Both the position numbers and the translations under genes were made by a program. Below the pieces are notes generated by a model. That model had not been told where the DNA came from and did not search any database. It saw nothing but the letters and a program-made list of their open reading frames with translations. DNA of 64,000 nt from Ostrea edulis (Eukaryota): positions 14,322,001 through 14,386,000 of the forward strand of contig NC_079165.1 in NCBI RefSeq assembly GCF_947568905.1, read 5' to 3'. Below are positions 1 through 13,105 of this stretch, one piece after another (the stretch's first letter is position 1; every line of letters begins with the position of its first letter).

Positions 1-618
1 AAAACAAGGAAGTTGAATATTTCACTTTATCTGTAAACACTGTACTTTCATTTCCTTAAGTTACTCTTTTCTTTGATATTTTGTCAACACCATTACAGAG
101 ATGAAAGACGATGAGTAGCTATAATGGACTTTTAAACATGATAGTGTTGTCTTTGTTATATATAAACAATGGTTTGTCCTCAAGGAGACGCAAGATTTCT
201 AGGTAAGATAAAGATCGACCGTGGATTTCCAACGATGTTGTAAGATACAATACCGATAAAATGTTTTATAAAATGATACAATGTAAATGCAATAAAATAA
301 TTTCTATCAAAATATGCTGGTATTATTTTCTTATTCGGTTATCCTTATTAACTTTCAAAATTCAGAATTAAATTGTTCAATTGTGTTGATCGATTGCCTC
401 AATAAATGATGAAATGGGTTTCTCATGATCCCAGTTTTGTGGAAATCAAAGTCTTTGAACCAAAACATTCACAGTAACCAGATATATCTTCACCTTTAAT
501 GTTGTGACGCTTGTGTACACATTTACAGGTTTGCAAGATTATATAGCTCATTTTACCGAGTATAAATAAATAACCAAACTCCGAAACGCTTGCTCCAGAA
601 TTACTGCTTGCCCTTTTA

Positions 619-2642
619 ATGCAAGGTGAAGATAACGAACAGTGATCAATCTCATAACTCCTACAAGCAATACAAAATAGATAGTTGGGCAAACACGGAC
701 CCCTGGACACACCAGAGGTGGGATCAGGTGCCTAGGAGAAGTAAACATCCCCTGTTGACCGGTCACACCCGCCGTGAGCCCTATATCCTGATCAGGTAAA
801 CGGAGTTATCCGCAGTCAAAATCAGTGTGCCAAGAACGGCTTAACAATCGGTATGAAACACGTCAGACAGCATTTGACCCAATGCGAGGTTGTATTGACG
901 AACTAGATCGTTATAACGACCATAGAATTTGCGAAATGCTGACTTCAATCGAGACTGTTGAAATCCCGGTACCATCAACTTGTTTGTCAGTAGCTTACCT
1001 CGATTTAAAAACTGACTATACCCAGAACAAGGTATTGCATATCGAATCAGTTGAGATATATAAACACCATATGCAGGTGATAATGGAATATTGCTACACA
1101 AATATGGGAAGTTGACGATGGAGAAGCTGAAATCATCCCGTTTGTCATACAGTTGAGTTGTCAGTTTGCCGTTAATGTCTACTTTCAATAAAATATCTAA
1201 GTATGAAGCAGAAGTGGACGACTCTGTGGTGTCCTTTATTTCGAGCTCACAGGGATATATCAAATCGACATATGAATGAAAGTTATCATTGTTAATAGAC
1301 AAAACGTCATCGATATATCTAAAAGTCGAATTGAAGGTCACAGCGAGAGATTTTTCTTCTCACGTAGAAGTTTTTGAATAAATTTTGCTTTATATGAATA
1401 TAAAAACAGGTCAGCTAACAAAGGAGCACAATTCGTGCCCATGGGAATTCCAACAGACTGTTGGAAGACCTGATCACCAAAGACCACGAAGATATTGTCA
1501 ATGAGGAACTCTAGCATATTTTTTATTTCAACTTCAGAGTACTTGTGCGTAGAATCAGAGTGGTGTTTAACAAAGTAAGTTTTTGAATGACTGATCACTA
1601 AATATGAATATTTCCGTTTTTGTTGAAGAAGCAACTGTCTATGATGTCAAAAAGTCTAGTCTTTAATTTATCGTGAGGAATGGTCGTGTATAGTGTTGAA
1701 AAGTCATAGGTTTTAATGCTATTGATTTGGGAAAAATTCTGTGATTTCAGGTTTAATAAAAGTTCTTTAGAATTTTTTAGAATCCACATTTGATTAGCAT
1801 CACTTCTGGTATATGTAGTTGCACAGTAAGTTTGAAGTTTCCTTCACAGCTGTTAACATTTTCGTGAGGAGCAAAGATAGGGGCTTGGTAGAGCACTTAC
1901 TGGATCCAGCAATGTATCTTTGTTTGTAAGGGTTTTTATGAAGTTTAGGAATCCAGTATAGGTACGGTAACTCATATTCATTCGACCCATTGACTGGAAT
2001 ATTAAATGTGTCTAAAACGGAAGCATGATTTTGAAGAATTTCATCTTTTGAAAGGGCAGTTGGAGTATAAGTATGATTACCAAAAGTGGAATTAATGCCA
2101 AGTTCGTTTAAAATACAGTTGTAATAATGAGCCTTACAAACAAAGACAATGTTGTTACTAGCTTTGTCAGCTGGAACCAAAACATATTCCTCATGTAACC
2201 TATCTAATTCTTTTATCACTTCTGGTTTACTAAACACAGAAGGATAGATGGTACGTACTTTTGTTTTCATGTGTCTAATGCGGGATTTTAATATCCCTCT
2301 TATGCTTTTAACCCATTCTGAAAATGTATCAAGTTCTTCTTTTTCATATTTAGCCCATCGTCTGGCATAATCTTCGACAAAACTCATAATAGAGATGAAG
2401 TTCTGTCGCCAATTAAAAGACCGAGGTTCTCTGTATTTAGGACCTTTAAGAATAAGTGATTTGAGGTCCTCATTTTCAACTATATCAACATCACCAGTAA
2501 TGACATGTCCAGCTGGACTATAGTTGAAAGAAGATGAAGATCAAGAACATGTTGCTGGATTACGTATAAGATGGTCTATATCGAGGCACTGCAGTGTTTG
2601 CTTATAATTAAAAAGTTTGGATGCAATAGTAGAAGTATAGCT
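619..2642 (-). mobile_element. 5'-truncated, decayed Naiad-clade Penelope-like retroelement (linker, CxC motif, RT, 3' UTR)
   Basis: Minus-strand frames join into ...SYTSTIASKLFNYKQTL...PATCS*SSSSFNYSPAGHVITGD... (CxC linker), ADKASNN, YWIPKLHK, TYDFSTLYTTIPH, QQSVGIPMGTNCAP, FRYIDDVL, ending at DVFHTDC* (841) with no C-terminal GIY-YIG. An RT-terminal ORF and a CxC linker define Naiad/Chlamys. There are three frameshifts (~1840, ~1610, ~1345) and one in-frame TGA (2541-2543). A ~220-nt 3' UTR ends in CTTCACCTTGCAT. Confidence 0.9.
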
Positions 2643-3339
2643 GTTTCTGGAGGATGTTATTGAATTTTGCCTAAAAACCTACCCTCGCTTACTCTAACTT
2701 GCTGTGATATAGGGCGTACGTCGAATAGCGTGGTGTTGTATTATCGAGATAAAAGGTTAATTGATACATGTATGTATGCATAGGTCTTTCCAGTTTTGTG
2801 GGGTTTCATGGTAGTTTTATATATATTGTATTTAAATTCATCATATAATTAGGTTTTGTTTACGCATTACAATTGTCTGTACATTTTGAACCTCGGAATT
2901 TCGAATTTGATGCATTGAATAGTAAAATGGGATTTGAAATCCTTTTTTCTGGAATTTGCCTTATTCTATTAATTTTAGAAGTTAGAAAAGATATAATTGA
3001 GTTTTGGGAATCAGATCAAATCAAAAATGTATTTTCATTCATTTTTGAATTGTTCTGTAGTTTTGCGATTGGAATTTAATTAGTTTAATAAATATTATCA
3101 GATTTTTCTCTAAGCAAATAATGGCTTGGCTACATGTAGGTCATATACTAGTAATCTCTTTGTCTAGCATGCACATTTTCCTGTAATTTCAGATTTAAAG
3201 AAGATAACATTAAAGTATTCAGTACTGCGAACACACTATTCCGAATTACTAGCTGTCAGATTCTGTAAAGCAGTTCTTTAGAATCTCTCTAGATTTGAAA
3301 TACTCTGTTAGACCTTGTCTCAATAGTCATGTGTATTAC

Positions 3340-4060
3340 CAGAGGTATATAACAAAGGGAAGGCCCACACACCGTTACGGCAAAGTGTTGTTGACTGTCA
3401 GATACCTATTTTCCCAAGAAACAATACAAGAATTGTGCAATTGATTTGGTGTAAATGAGTTTGTGATCAGATTTTATGAATACTTATTCAGTGGCCAAAC
3501 CGTGATGCATTTGATACCATATTCATAAAATTTGACGAAATGGCATTCTTGGAGCAATAGATGGGAGTCATACCCATATTCAAGCCACATTCAGAATCCC
3601 AAATATAATTTTAACAGGAAATAGTTTCATTCTATTGTATTTGAAGGCGATCTGAAATTTATTGATCTCTATAGGATGGCCAGGTTTAAGTACATGATGC
3701 GAAGGTCCCGAGGAAGTCAGGTCCGGGAAGAAGGATTCCATGATTGAGAGAATGGGTAATACCAATTGATTGGGGATGGAGCATACCGGTATAAGAATGG
3801 CTTGTGACTCCATACACTGTTTTGATTGTTTTGAACATATGCTAATGATCAAATGAAAAGGATTGGGAACAACTTCTAACAACTTACAAGTCCCTCTTCT
3901 AAGACAAAGATAACAGCCATTTGTCATAACAACAAAGTTCAGCATGGCTCTTTCATCTAAGCTATAAGTCAAGAGCGTTCGGTCTACTGAACAGACGATT
4001 CAGGAGAATGACGTTGATCAATATGAAATCAAAGAGATTTTTCAGACCATGGTTAATGTA
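3340..4060 (+). pseudogene. Degenerate PIF/Harbinger (HARBI1-like, DDE_Tnp_4) transposase
   Basis: Plus-strand motifs occur in the expected order across frameshifts and stops: LLTVRYLFSQE...FGV (HTH region), GILGAIDGSH (3542-3571), NRK.FHSI, GWPG..VHDAKV (from 3674), LIGDGAY (~3766-3786), RAFGLLNRRFRR (~3972-4007). Confidence 0.8.
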
Positions 4061-4776
4061 TGTATTTTGTACAACATAAGTGTAATTGAATATGACATTT
4101 TTTAAAAAGTACTGAATGATTTAGGTGAACTTGGTGTTATTATGGAACAAAAAGTGTTGCAGAATGATATACGAGATCAACAAATGAGAATAAACTTTTC
4201 ACGTAGAATGTAATTTGCATTTGGAATATTTAAGTACACTTATTGAATGCAAGGTGAAGATAACGAACAGTGATCAATCTCAATAGTCCATGTCTTATTT
4301 AAATAGAATAACCCTTTTTTTCTTGTTGTACAACTAAAACAAGAGCTTTGGAATGGAACCATCCTTTCATCAAAATTCTAAACTGTGCATACTGAATAGC
4401 AGTTGACCTCTAAAATTAATAACCAAGACATTAAGATATCATATAATCGTCTATCAAATAATATTTATGGGAGAAAAATCTCTTTTGTATAAATTCACTT
4501 TTGTATCAGTAGTATTAATTCCGCGTAAAACAACTAAGCGACAAAAGTTACTATAGACATTCTGATGAAGTTCTCGTGTGTCACTGCCCTGTTATGATTT
4601 TCTCTATGAACAATGCCAAACGTTTCCATCAGCACTAGTTATACTATAAAATACGAGTATTTGATCCACTTATCTATGTGTTATCAAATAAAACTAATCT
4701 TTTCAGTAACGTTTTTTTTAATAAAGCAACAAAATCAACATTATAATTAGCATATGTAACCACCGACATGCAAGTG

Positions 4777-5024
4777 TGAAAGGTGAAGATAACGAACAGT
4801 GATCAATCTTATAACTCCTATAAGCAATAGAAAATAGATAGTTGGGCAAACAAAGACCCCTGGATATACCAGAGGTGGGATGGGTGCCTATGAGGAGTAC
4901 ACATCCCCTGTCGACCGGTCACATCCGCTGTGAGCCGTATATCTTGATCGGGTAAACAGAGTTATCCGTAGTCAAAATAGTGTACCAAGAATGGCATAAC
5001 AATCGGCATGAAACATGTCAGACA
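4777..5024 (-). mobile_element. Naiad 3'-end remnant
   Basis: Similar throughout to the 619-860 3' UTR (GACCGGTCGACAGGGGATG...CCCACCTCTGG...GTTATCTTCACCTT). A 36-bp terminal piece is also at 4247-4282 and a degenerate piece at ~5660-5755. Confidence 0.85.
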
Positions 5025-7343
5025 AGTATACTAATATGCCATTAGAACGAATCTTAGAAAATAGCAAACATAACAACTAAATCATCTGGAGTTCATCTAG
5101 TAATGAAAAAGAAAAGACCCAAGTTTGATCCTAGGTCGGTGTATTTCGTAACAAGTCACGCAATCTCACGCACTGTTGTGCGACGTCAATAAAACATGAA
5201 CATAACCTGATGAGAATGATTAATGATATATATAGAAAACAATGACACCACCACCACCATCAACTACAAATACAACTCTTCCAATAGTAACAACACCACT
5301 ACCAACCAAAACAACAATAACAATAAAAGAATTTATATAACAGAACAAGTAAAGGACGAAGTAGAAGATTAAAATGGCTTGCTTATAGGGTCCAGAGAAC
5401 CTTTGCGGTCATAGCTGGACTACAGAAGAAGAAAGAGGTGGAGAGGAGAAGGAGTTAACAAACAAGGCCAGATTATATGTAAATGATGTTTTCAAATTGT
5501 TGCAGCAAGAGGGACGACAATTTGGGATGTGAGGTTATGCCCAAATCGTCTCCGGCGACGATTTAGGACGGGCGACAGTTTCGGGTGTTACATAAGAAAC
5601 CCCAAATCGTCGCCCGTCCCAAATCGCTACCGGCGACGAATTGGGGTGTAACAATATATAGTGCAAAGACGGACACCTGGACACATTAAAGGTGGAATCA
5701 GGAGTCTATAGAGAGTAAGCACCCCCTGTCGCACACGCCTTGAGTCCTCTATCTTATTAATAATAATAATCTAAGCATTAATTTGAGTCCATTAAAAAGG
5801 GAAGATATCTAGAGTTAAATGTCATGATCACTGGGTTTTTGGGAGTTGAACTATGTTCAATCTCCCTGGGTCATCACGCACTTTTCTGCGCAGTAATTTG
5901 TATTGATTTGTATAGTGGTCGTCAGCGGGGGTTCTGTGTCAGCTGATTTACTCCTAGGTAAATCAACATAAACTTTTATAAACATCCGCCATTAAATAAT
6001 CCATGTAACTTTTCTGAATTAATCTAATTTTGATAATTGACATGTAAATAAATGCATTGATATTGTATTCAAATCAATTTGAATACAAGATTTCGATCAA
6101 ATTGATACTGATAGACATAGAAAAATAAAAGATAAGGTTGAAAATTGTCGTTTGTAGCGCAGCGTCACCTATAAACATTGATAGGGAAACGAACGATAAC
6201 TGCACACAAGCCCTATTGACACCGTGGCGCGAAATATCGAATATGGTGCGAAACCTCAGAAAATTTACAAGAAATAACTCTACAACATTGTGTATGTGTA
6301 TATATTTGGTTTTTTTTTTAATGTGATATAAAAAATGCTTGATGTTACATGTAGATTGAATTAAAACACGTCATTCCCAGTCAACAACTTTCGATTGGGA
6401 TCGGAATACGAAATAAAATTTCTTATATCCGGTGGCAAAGTGAAACTGCTTCATGCTTCAAGTTATTGAATTACGTAGTAATTGCACGTTACACATTAGA
6501 GAACTGTTCCTTTTAATAAAAAAAAGTCACAAAATAGATACAAAATGAGTGTACCTTATTCATTACTGTTACCGAGCTTTCGTCGACTATAATCTCGAAA
6601 TGGCGTGTTTCGCTGCGCTTGATGACTGTAAGGTCCACATTTTCTACGTGAGTAGTGTGATATTTGTTTATGAATTTTTTGCGAATACATGGTATGTCTC
6701 GGCTAAGAATAATGGAAACTTTCTCACCTATGTATGTAAAGACATATTAATCTCTATTTTTAAAAATGTAGAACACTTTTATCAAATGACAATGTTTGAA
6801 AACGCTTAGAGCCCCGATGTCAGAATTTCCTTTTCCAAGACATCAATATGTCAAATTCATTATCCTTTTTGAATAGTATGTACCATATTTTGTACCAGTT
6901 ATCCATTTTGAATCCCCTATTACAATGGGATTTTGTTGCACTCTGCAATGTTTGAGTGGATGTCATGAGTGTGTGTCAAACAGAAATTTTAAGAGCATGG
7001 AATAAGGTGCTGCCATGTATTACTTCACTATCAAAGTTTAACCCAGTTGCCACAATGTTGAATTTATGCTGCAAAAAGGATTGGAAATTGCTCTGGTCAA
7101 AACACATTGTTTATTTGTCTACAGATGAAAGAGACATGAGGATTCTCCCTCACAAACTGAAAAAAAAAATAGTTATGGATCTTGTACATGTATAGTTTAT
7201 TAATCACTATAGATTTCCAACATCACAAGTCTGATTACACTATATGCTTTCCATACTGTCAGGTTCATTCACCCCCTGTTTGAGCCACAGTATAATATCC
7301 CAAATACCTTGGCAATAAATAACATTATTTGACTAGTGTTTCA

Positions 7344-8000
7344 TTTTTAGCGGAGTTGCGGTGAAGTCGAACTCGGCTTATGATCTGATGAAGTGCCTTT
7401 GGGCGGGCAGGCGGGCACGCATCAACATTTCATTTCAACACCATAGCTCTTGAGCAAATTATAGGATCTCATTCAAACTTAGATGGATTGTCACCCTCAG
7501 TAAGATGAGGAAGCCTATCGATTCTGGGGTCACTAGGTCAAAGTCATTGGCTATAAATAGACTGAAATTTGGAGAAAATTTTGTTTTCCGCACCATAGCT
7601 CTTGAACGAATTATAGGATCTCAATCAAACTTAGATCGATTAAGTAAGACAAGAAGCCTATTGATTCCGGGGTCACAAGGTCAAAGTCACAGTGGCTATA
7701 AATAGACTGAAATTTGGAGAAAATTTTGTTTTCTGCACTATAATTTTTTAACAAATTATAGGATGTCAATTAAACTTAGATGGATTATCGCCCTTGATGA
7801 GACAAAGAAGCCTATTGATTTTGGTCAAGGGTTAAAGGTCAAGGTCACAAAGGATTTAAGTCGGCTGAAATTTATGTACGCAAAATTTTGCTCCCTGCTT
7901 GATAATTCTTGTAAACTTTTCTGCCGGTTCCCTCTATGCCCATTCCTTGCGCAACTCGGCTTGTGCATTTCCGATGCCCGACAATTTTTAATTTTTTTGC
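7344..8000 (+). mobile_element. HINE-type (non-autonomous Helentron-associated) element
   Basis: Starts TTTTTAGCGGAGTTGCG, has a GGGC microsatellite and internal ~145-bp repeats (CCATAGCTCTTGA...), a 3' inverted subterminal CGCAACTCGGCT, then a short hairpin and a T-run. Confidence 0.65.
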
Positions 8001-8875
8001 ATTTCATTTATTTTGAGTTATTATACAATTATTTACCATTCCATTGATCCTCTACAGGACTGTAGTATACTCAGGTGACAGTTTAGCATATTGGACTACC
8101 TTTTCAAGTAATGAATCCTTAGAATTAGCTATAATTAGGATTAAACTTGAATGTATATATATACAGGGGAAAAACTTCATAACTGCAAGGCATTGATAAC
8201 CATATTGATTTGAATGTTTGGGCCATAATATATGGTCACATTTTTCATGAGAATATAAAGGGGTGAAATTGTAGAAAACACCAACACGACTTCAGTTACT
8301 CTAGGAGCGTTGTGGCCCATGGGTGTTTGCTGTTGTAACGCTTTGAAAAACAACAACAGTTGATTTGTATCTAAAATCATGATAATATTCAGTCATTTAT
8401 CCCCCTACCCTTCCAGTACTATCTTTTCTAACTGAATTTCCACAATGTTCAACTCCCACGAGTACTTTAAGTACTTTGATTTGTTTTTGTTTTTACTTTT
8501 GTTAACATTTTAATAGGATATTTTGTAAGATAAAATGCAAATCGGATCTACTTTTAATGACCTTAGTTTACTGGTAGAACCAGAGCGTCAGAATCATAAA
8601 TATAGTGCTCTTATGTTACAAATAAATAGCAGGCTTTCGTGTTATCATCTTCACCAATGAATCAGGTTTCATATACAACATATTTTAATCGATTTATGAA
8701 TGTATATAAATTTCGAAGTGCATCAATCCCGGGAATAGTGAGATGGAGAGTTTACAGTACAATGTAAGTAGGATATTCATCCATAGAAAGAGTGTCGTAT
8801 ACATGGTGAAATATTGCGTTCCATGTGTGGTAATGATTGCAGAATGAACAACAAATAAATGCATTCTATTTTCAG

Positions 8876-11779
8876 ATGTTGACACTCTTCTTCAGCATAC
8901 CTCTTTTGGTCTCCTCTACAAAACCGGAAACGCAATTATTAAAGGGTAAATTTACAGCACAACTATCGTCTGCTCATCCAACGCACCAGATTGAGACTTT
9001 AAGGTGGGAATTGAAGAGTTTCAAAAATACAGTAAAAAACTCTATGAAGGAGATGGAGGAAAAGGTGTTATCTTTACAGAATGGAGGTACATTTAGTTAA
9101 CATATTCTATAGAGAATGTTAAGATTTCTTTACATATAAAATTACATTTCTTTTGTAATTTTGCGTATTTCTTGTTGGTCACTTATTTGTCTAGCTAGCT
9201 GATTGTTTACTATTCGTTATCTTCACCTTTTCATCTAACACTTATTTTACATTTGGACATTACTATTCTTCCAAAAGATTTAGGAATTACATTTACTGGA
9301 TTTAGGACGAAATTCGTAATTTACAAACAAAACTGCGAATTATTACCATCTACAATTCTATGTGTTGGAGAAAGATTTCCCTACGAAATGAAATCTACCA
9401 ATATATATGAATAGAATAGAATTTCTCAACAATATCGACAATCACAAACAGCAAACAGTGCAACATTACATATTTTATTTTTATCACTGAAATACGATGT
9501 TGATAAGTGAAAAGTGAGGACAACGAATAGTGACCAAAAATGTAAATATTTATACATAAGTAAATTTGAGAATCTTTCATTTATGTTGATAAACATCCCA
9601 AATGTTAAAAGAATCTCAACTAATTATGAACTCAACGAGTTAGAAACGTATGAATATCGACAGCAATATTCGTTATCTTTATTAATCATTATGCTACAGG
9701 AAAGCTTTCAAGAAGTGCCGTATATACCAGGTGGGGAAAGAAAAGCTGTCCTCCTAAAGCCGAGCTGGTGTTTTCAGGTACTCTTTGTGTTTGTAGGCGT
9801 AAACATTGAGTGGTCACGGTTTTGTTTCAATATGAATGTTTACATTGATAAAGAATATCAACTTTCATTAGCAAAATCCAAAGAGCAAACAACAGCGCTG
9901 GCTGAATTTCCTGATTTTGTGCCAGAGGTCTTTCATGTCTTTCTTTATGTCAGAGAGTGCACTGAAGTAATTCTTGAAAACAAAAAGCATTCGGATATTT
10001 TCCTGCAAAGTATCAATGAGAGGTGAAGATAAAGAACCGTGATCAATCTCATAACTCCTATAAGCAATACAAAATATAGAGTTGGGAAAACACAGACCTC
10101 TGGATACTAGTATACCAGAGGTGGGATCAGGTGCGCAGGAGGAGTAACCATTCCTTGTTGACCGGTCACACCATGAGCCCTATATCTTGACCAGGTGAAC
10201 GAAGTTATCCGTAGTCAAAATCAGTGTTCCAGGAACGGCCTAACAATCGGTATGAAACACTTCAGGCAGCATTTGACCCAATGATAGGTTGTATTGGAAA
10301 ACTACATCGTCATATCGACCATAGAATTTGCGAAATGCGAGACTGTTAAACCCCTGCACCATCATCTTGTTTGTCAGTAGCCTGCTTTGAATTAAAAAAT
10401 CGCCATACGCAGAACGAGCTCTTGTGTATCGAATCAGTTGAGAGACATAAACACCATATGCAGGTGACAATGGAATATTGCTACATAAATGTGAGAAGTT
10501 GACGATGGAGAAGCTGAAATCATCTCGTTTTTCATAATGTTGAGTTGTTAGTTTGCCATTAATATCTACTTTCAATAAAATTTCTAAGTATGAAGCAGAA
10601 GTGGACGACTCTGTGGGATCTTTCATCGTTCTCTAAACAAGTTATTTTTTTTATGATTTTTCCGGGACCAGGGCTGCGTTCAAGATCGTAGCGGCTACGT
10701 AGGGCTCGGTAGCGCTACGATCTTGAACGATGTGCTAGGCTAGCCCTATGTAGGGATAACAAGCGTTAATTCATACAGTGCGTTCAAGATACCTAGATAT
10801 CTAGCCAAGCAGCTAGGCTACCCGCTACGATCTTGAACGCAGCCCTGATGTTAACTACATTCTGAATTGTTGGGATGAGATATCCTTTCGTATTTTCGGT
10901 GTATATAGCGTTCCATGTTTGCCATACTTAACATTATGCATTCATTGTAGTTTTGTGAAATTGATCACTGTTCATTATAAAATATACTGCCAGGTTATGT
11001 TGGCGGGTCATATTACAGTGACGAAGGGGCGGCAGTAAATCCCATCTGTTTACCTAAGGACCCTGAGTGGGGACTGTACAACGACAGAGTGGAAAATTGG
11101 GCGGCTTATATCTATGGAGCTGAATATGAAACGGTGACTCTTCATGATAGTAGAGCAAAACTTCACAATCACAATGTCCCGTGCGCAGTGTGCCTTCTAC
11201 GTGATAAATCAGTCGCAAGAGTTTTTCCAGGTACAGAGAGTTTTTTAAACTTATTTTGTGTTAGTCGCGTACATTTTATAAAAGCATGATACATGGGTTT
11301 GAATAGCCCATTTAATATTGAATAATACAACTTAAGAACTGTATAGAAATGACCACGTGTAATAATTTTGACATAATTCATCACGAAATAATGAGAGGAG
11401 TTATAGATAAGATTGATCATTGGTATAACCGCATGTGTATGGAATTCAGGTATCGCAGAGTAGTCGTACATCGACTGCTCATACTGTATGTGTGGAACAT
11501 TGCTTACTAAAACAAACTTTGCTTGTAGCAAGAAAGTCGTGTTACAAAGGCTGGAGATTAGAATATGATGGTTACCTTATGGCCGGATACCATAAACACA
11601 AAGCCGGTACGTTGTATAAGTGTGTGGATAAAGATCCGGATACTGCCCCCGGATTTAAATCTAGTACAAATCAAGATGGCTACCTTTTCTACGCAGTGGA
11701 AGCACGGTGTGGATCCCTGAATTGTCCTCCATACACGGAAGGACGAGAACTGACTTGCTCAGTTTGTTCTACTCCATAG
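8876..11779 (+). CDS. Secreted coiled-coil plus Cys-rich C-terminal domain protein of the molluscan 'short-chain collagen C4-like' family, 258 aa, 4 exons
   Basis: Exons 8876-9086, 9700-9777, 10994-11230, 11529-11779; all GT-AG, all phase 1, total 777 nt. It has a signal-like N-terminus (MLTLFFSIPLLVSS), a coiled coil, and family motifs VYTRWGKKSCP, GYVGGSYY..GAAVNPICLP.DP.W, YGAEYE, VPCAVC, CYKGWRLEYDGYLMAG, FYAVEARCGSLNCPPY..GRELTCSVC. Confidence 0.88.
10016..10626 (-). mobile_element. 5'-truncated Naiad copy in intron 2 of the C4-like gene
   Basis: RT C-terminus (TTESSTSASYL...VFHTDC*, 10240-10626) followed by the conserved 3' UTR. Confidence 0.9.
10669..10847. mobile_element. MITE with 25-bp TIRs and an internal hairpin
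   Basis: CAGGGCTGCGTTCAAGATCGTAGCG at 10669 and its exact reverse complement ending at 10847; no clear TSD. Confidence 0.75.
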
Positions 11780-12554
11780 ATAAATGCATGAAAGTTAGAT
11801 GTGATAAAGACTTGTATATGATACTGCATTTGTTTTACTGGTAACGATGAAATGGGTCAAGGATTTCTGAGATGTTTTCAATTTTTTCTGCATGTCGAGC
11901 ATTCTTATGGAGAATTTAATAGCTCTCCGGTTCAGAAAGTTTATTTTAGAAAGTTGAACGAGATGAATTAGTTAAAGGCGAATGGTACTCGTGGTATTCA
12001 TAGTCCAGATAAAGGATAGTGTCCGATACCATGACACCTTTAGGAAAGCTGCCTAGATACTAAGCATTTAAAAGTCGCTGTTAACCCTTATGACTTACAA
12101 AACTATATTATATAGGACTTCAATTCCCATAAACTAGAAAATATTGCTTTAATTAAAGACTATACAATATCATATTCTTCTTATATCAATACATGTATCT
12201 CAATATTTTAAAATGAAATTACAATCATCGACAAAGTCTAATCCTTACTGCAAGCATGTGGATAAACTGCTTGTGGTGTGTTATACAAAGCGTGATAACT
12301 CTACCCAGACAGGAAGGCTATTGTAGAACTCGGGCGATTTGGAACATAGACATATTACAGGGTTGTTTGTGGTGATTGAGCGGAATATGAAAATCAAAGG
12401 AATGAAAATTAACTGATGATCACTCTGGCAACAAAAACAAGTGATATTTCTGAAGGTACAATGTATGTGTATTCATTTCCAATGGGACAGTATACAAATT
12501 CATGCAACAAAAAATAGGGTTTTGATTTTGATTTTTTGATTTTTTTTTGCAATA

Positions 12555-13105
12555 AGTGAAGACCACGAACAGTAATCAACCTCATCAATATCACGAAGAA
12601 TACAAAATGGAGAGTAGGAAAACCGATAACGACCGGTTAATACAAAATTTAAAGTTGGGCAAACTCGGGTCCCTGGACATACATGTACCAGAGGTGTGAT
12701 CAAGTACCTAGGTGGAGTGAGCATTCGTATTCGGTCATACCCCCCGTGAGCCCTATGTGTTGAGCAGTTAAACGGAGTACTCTGTAGTCAAAATCACTAT
12801 GTAAAGAACGACCTAACTATTGGTATGAAACTAGTCAAGCAGCACTCGACTTACCGGTAATAACAGACTGTGCTTGCTAATTAGATTCTTATAACAACCA
12901 TAGAATTTTCGCAATGTTTACGTTTTAGACAGTTGAAACCTCAATAAAAAATCAACTGGTTTGTCCGTACCCTGTCTAAATTTAAGAACTGATCATATGC
13001 AGAAGATGCTGTCGAATATCGATTCAGTTGAGAGACATAAACACCATATGCAGGTGACAATGGAATATTGCTACATAAATATGGATAGTTGATGATGGAG
13101 AAGCT
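12555..13105 (-). mobile_element. Diverged, rearranged Naiad 3' fragment
   Basis: Contains FSIINYPYLCSNIPLSPAYGVYVSQL and a degenerate 3' UTR. A further RT fragment is at ~13565-13685. Confidence 0.75.

Noticed and set aside
548-766. Recurrent '[13 protein letters not shown]' ORFs (also 12500, 13986, 15884)
   Set aside because: They lie in the Naiad 3' UTR; length and frame are not conserved between copies.
619-840. SECIS element in the Naiad 3' UTR
   Set aside because: An AUGA is present near the end, but no correctly spaced GA quartet partner or apical AA loop could be seen by eye.
825-1115. Plus-strand 96-aa ORF
   Set aside because: Antisense shadow of the Naiad RT.
3580-3972. Minus-strand 130-aa ORF
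   Set aside because: Antisense shadow of the plus-strand Harbinger pseudogene.
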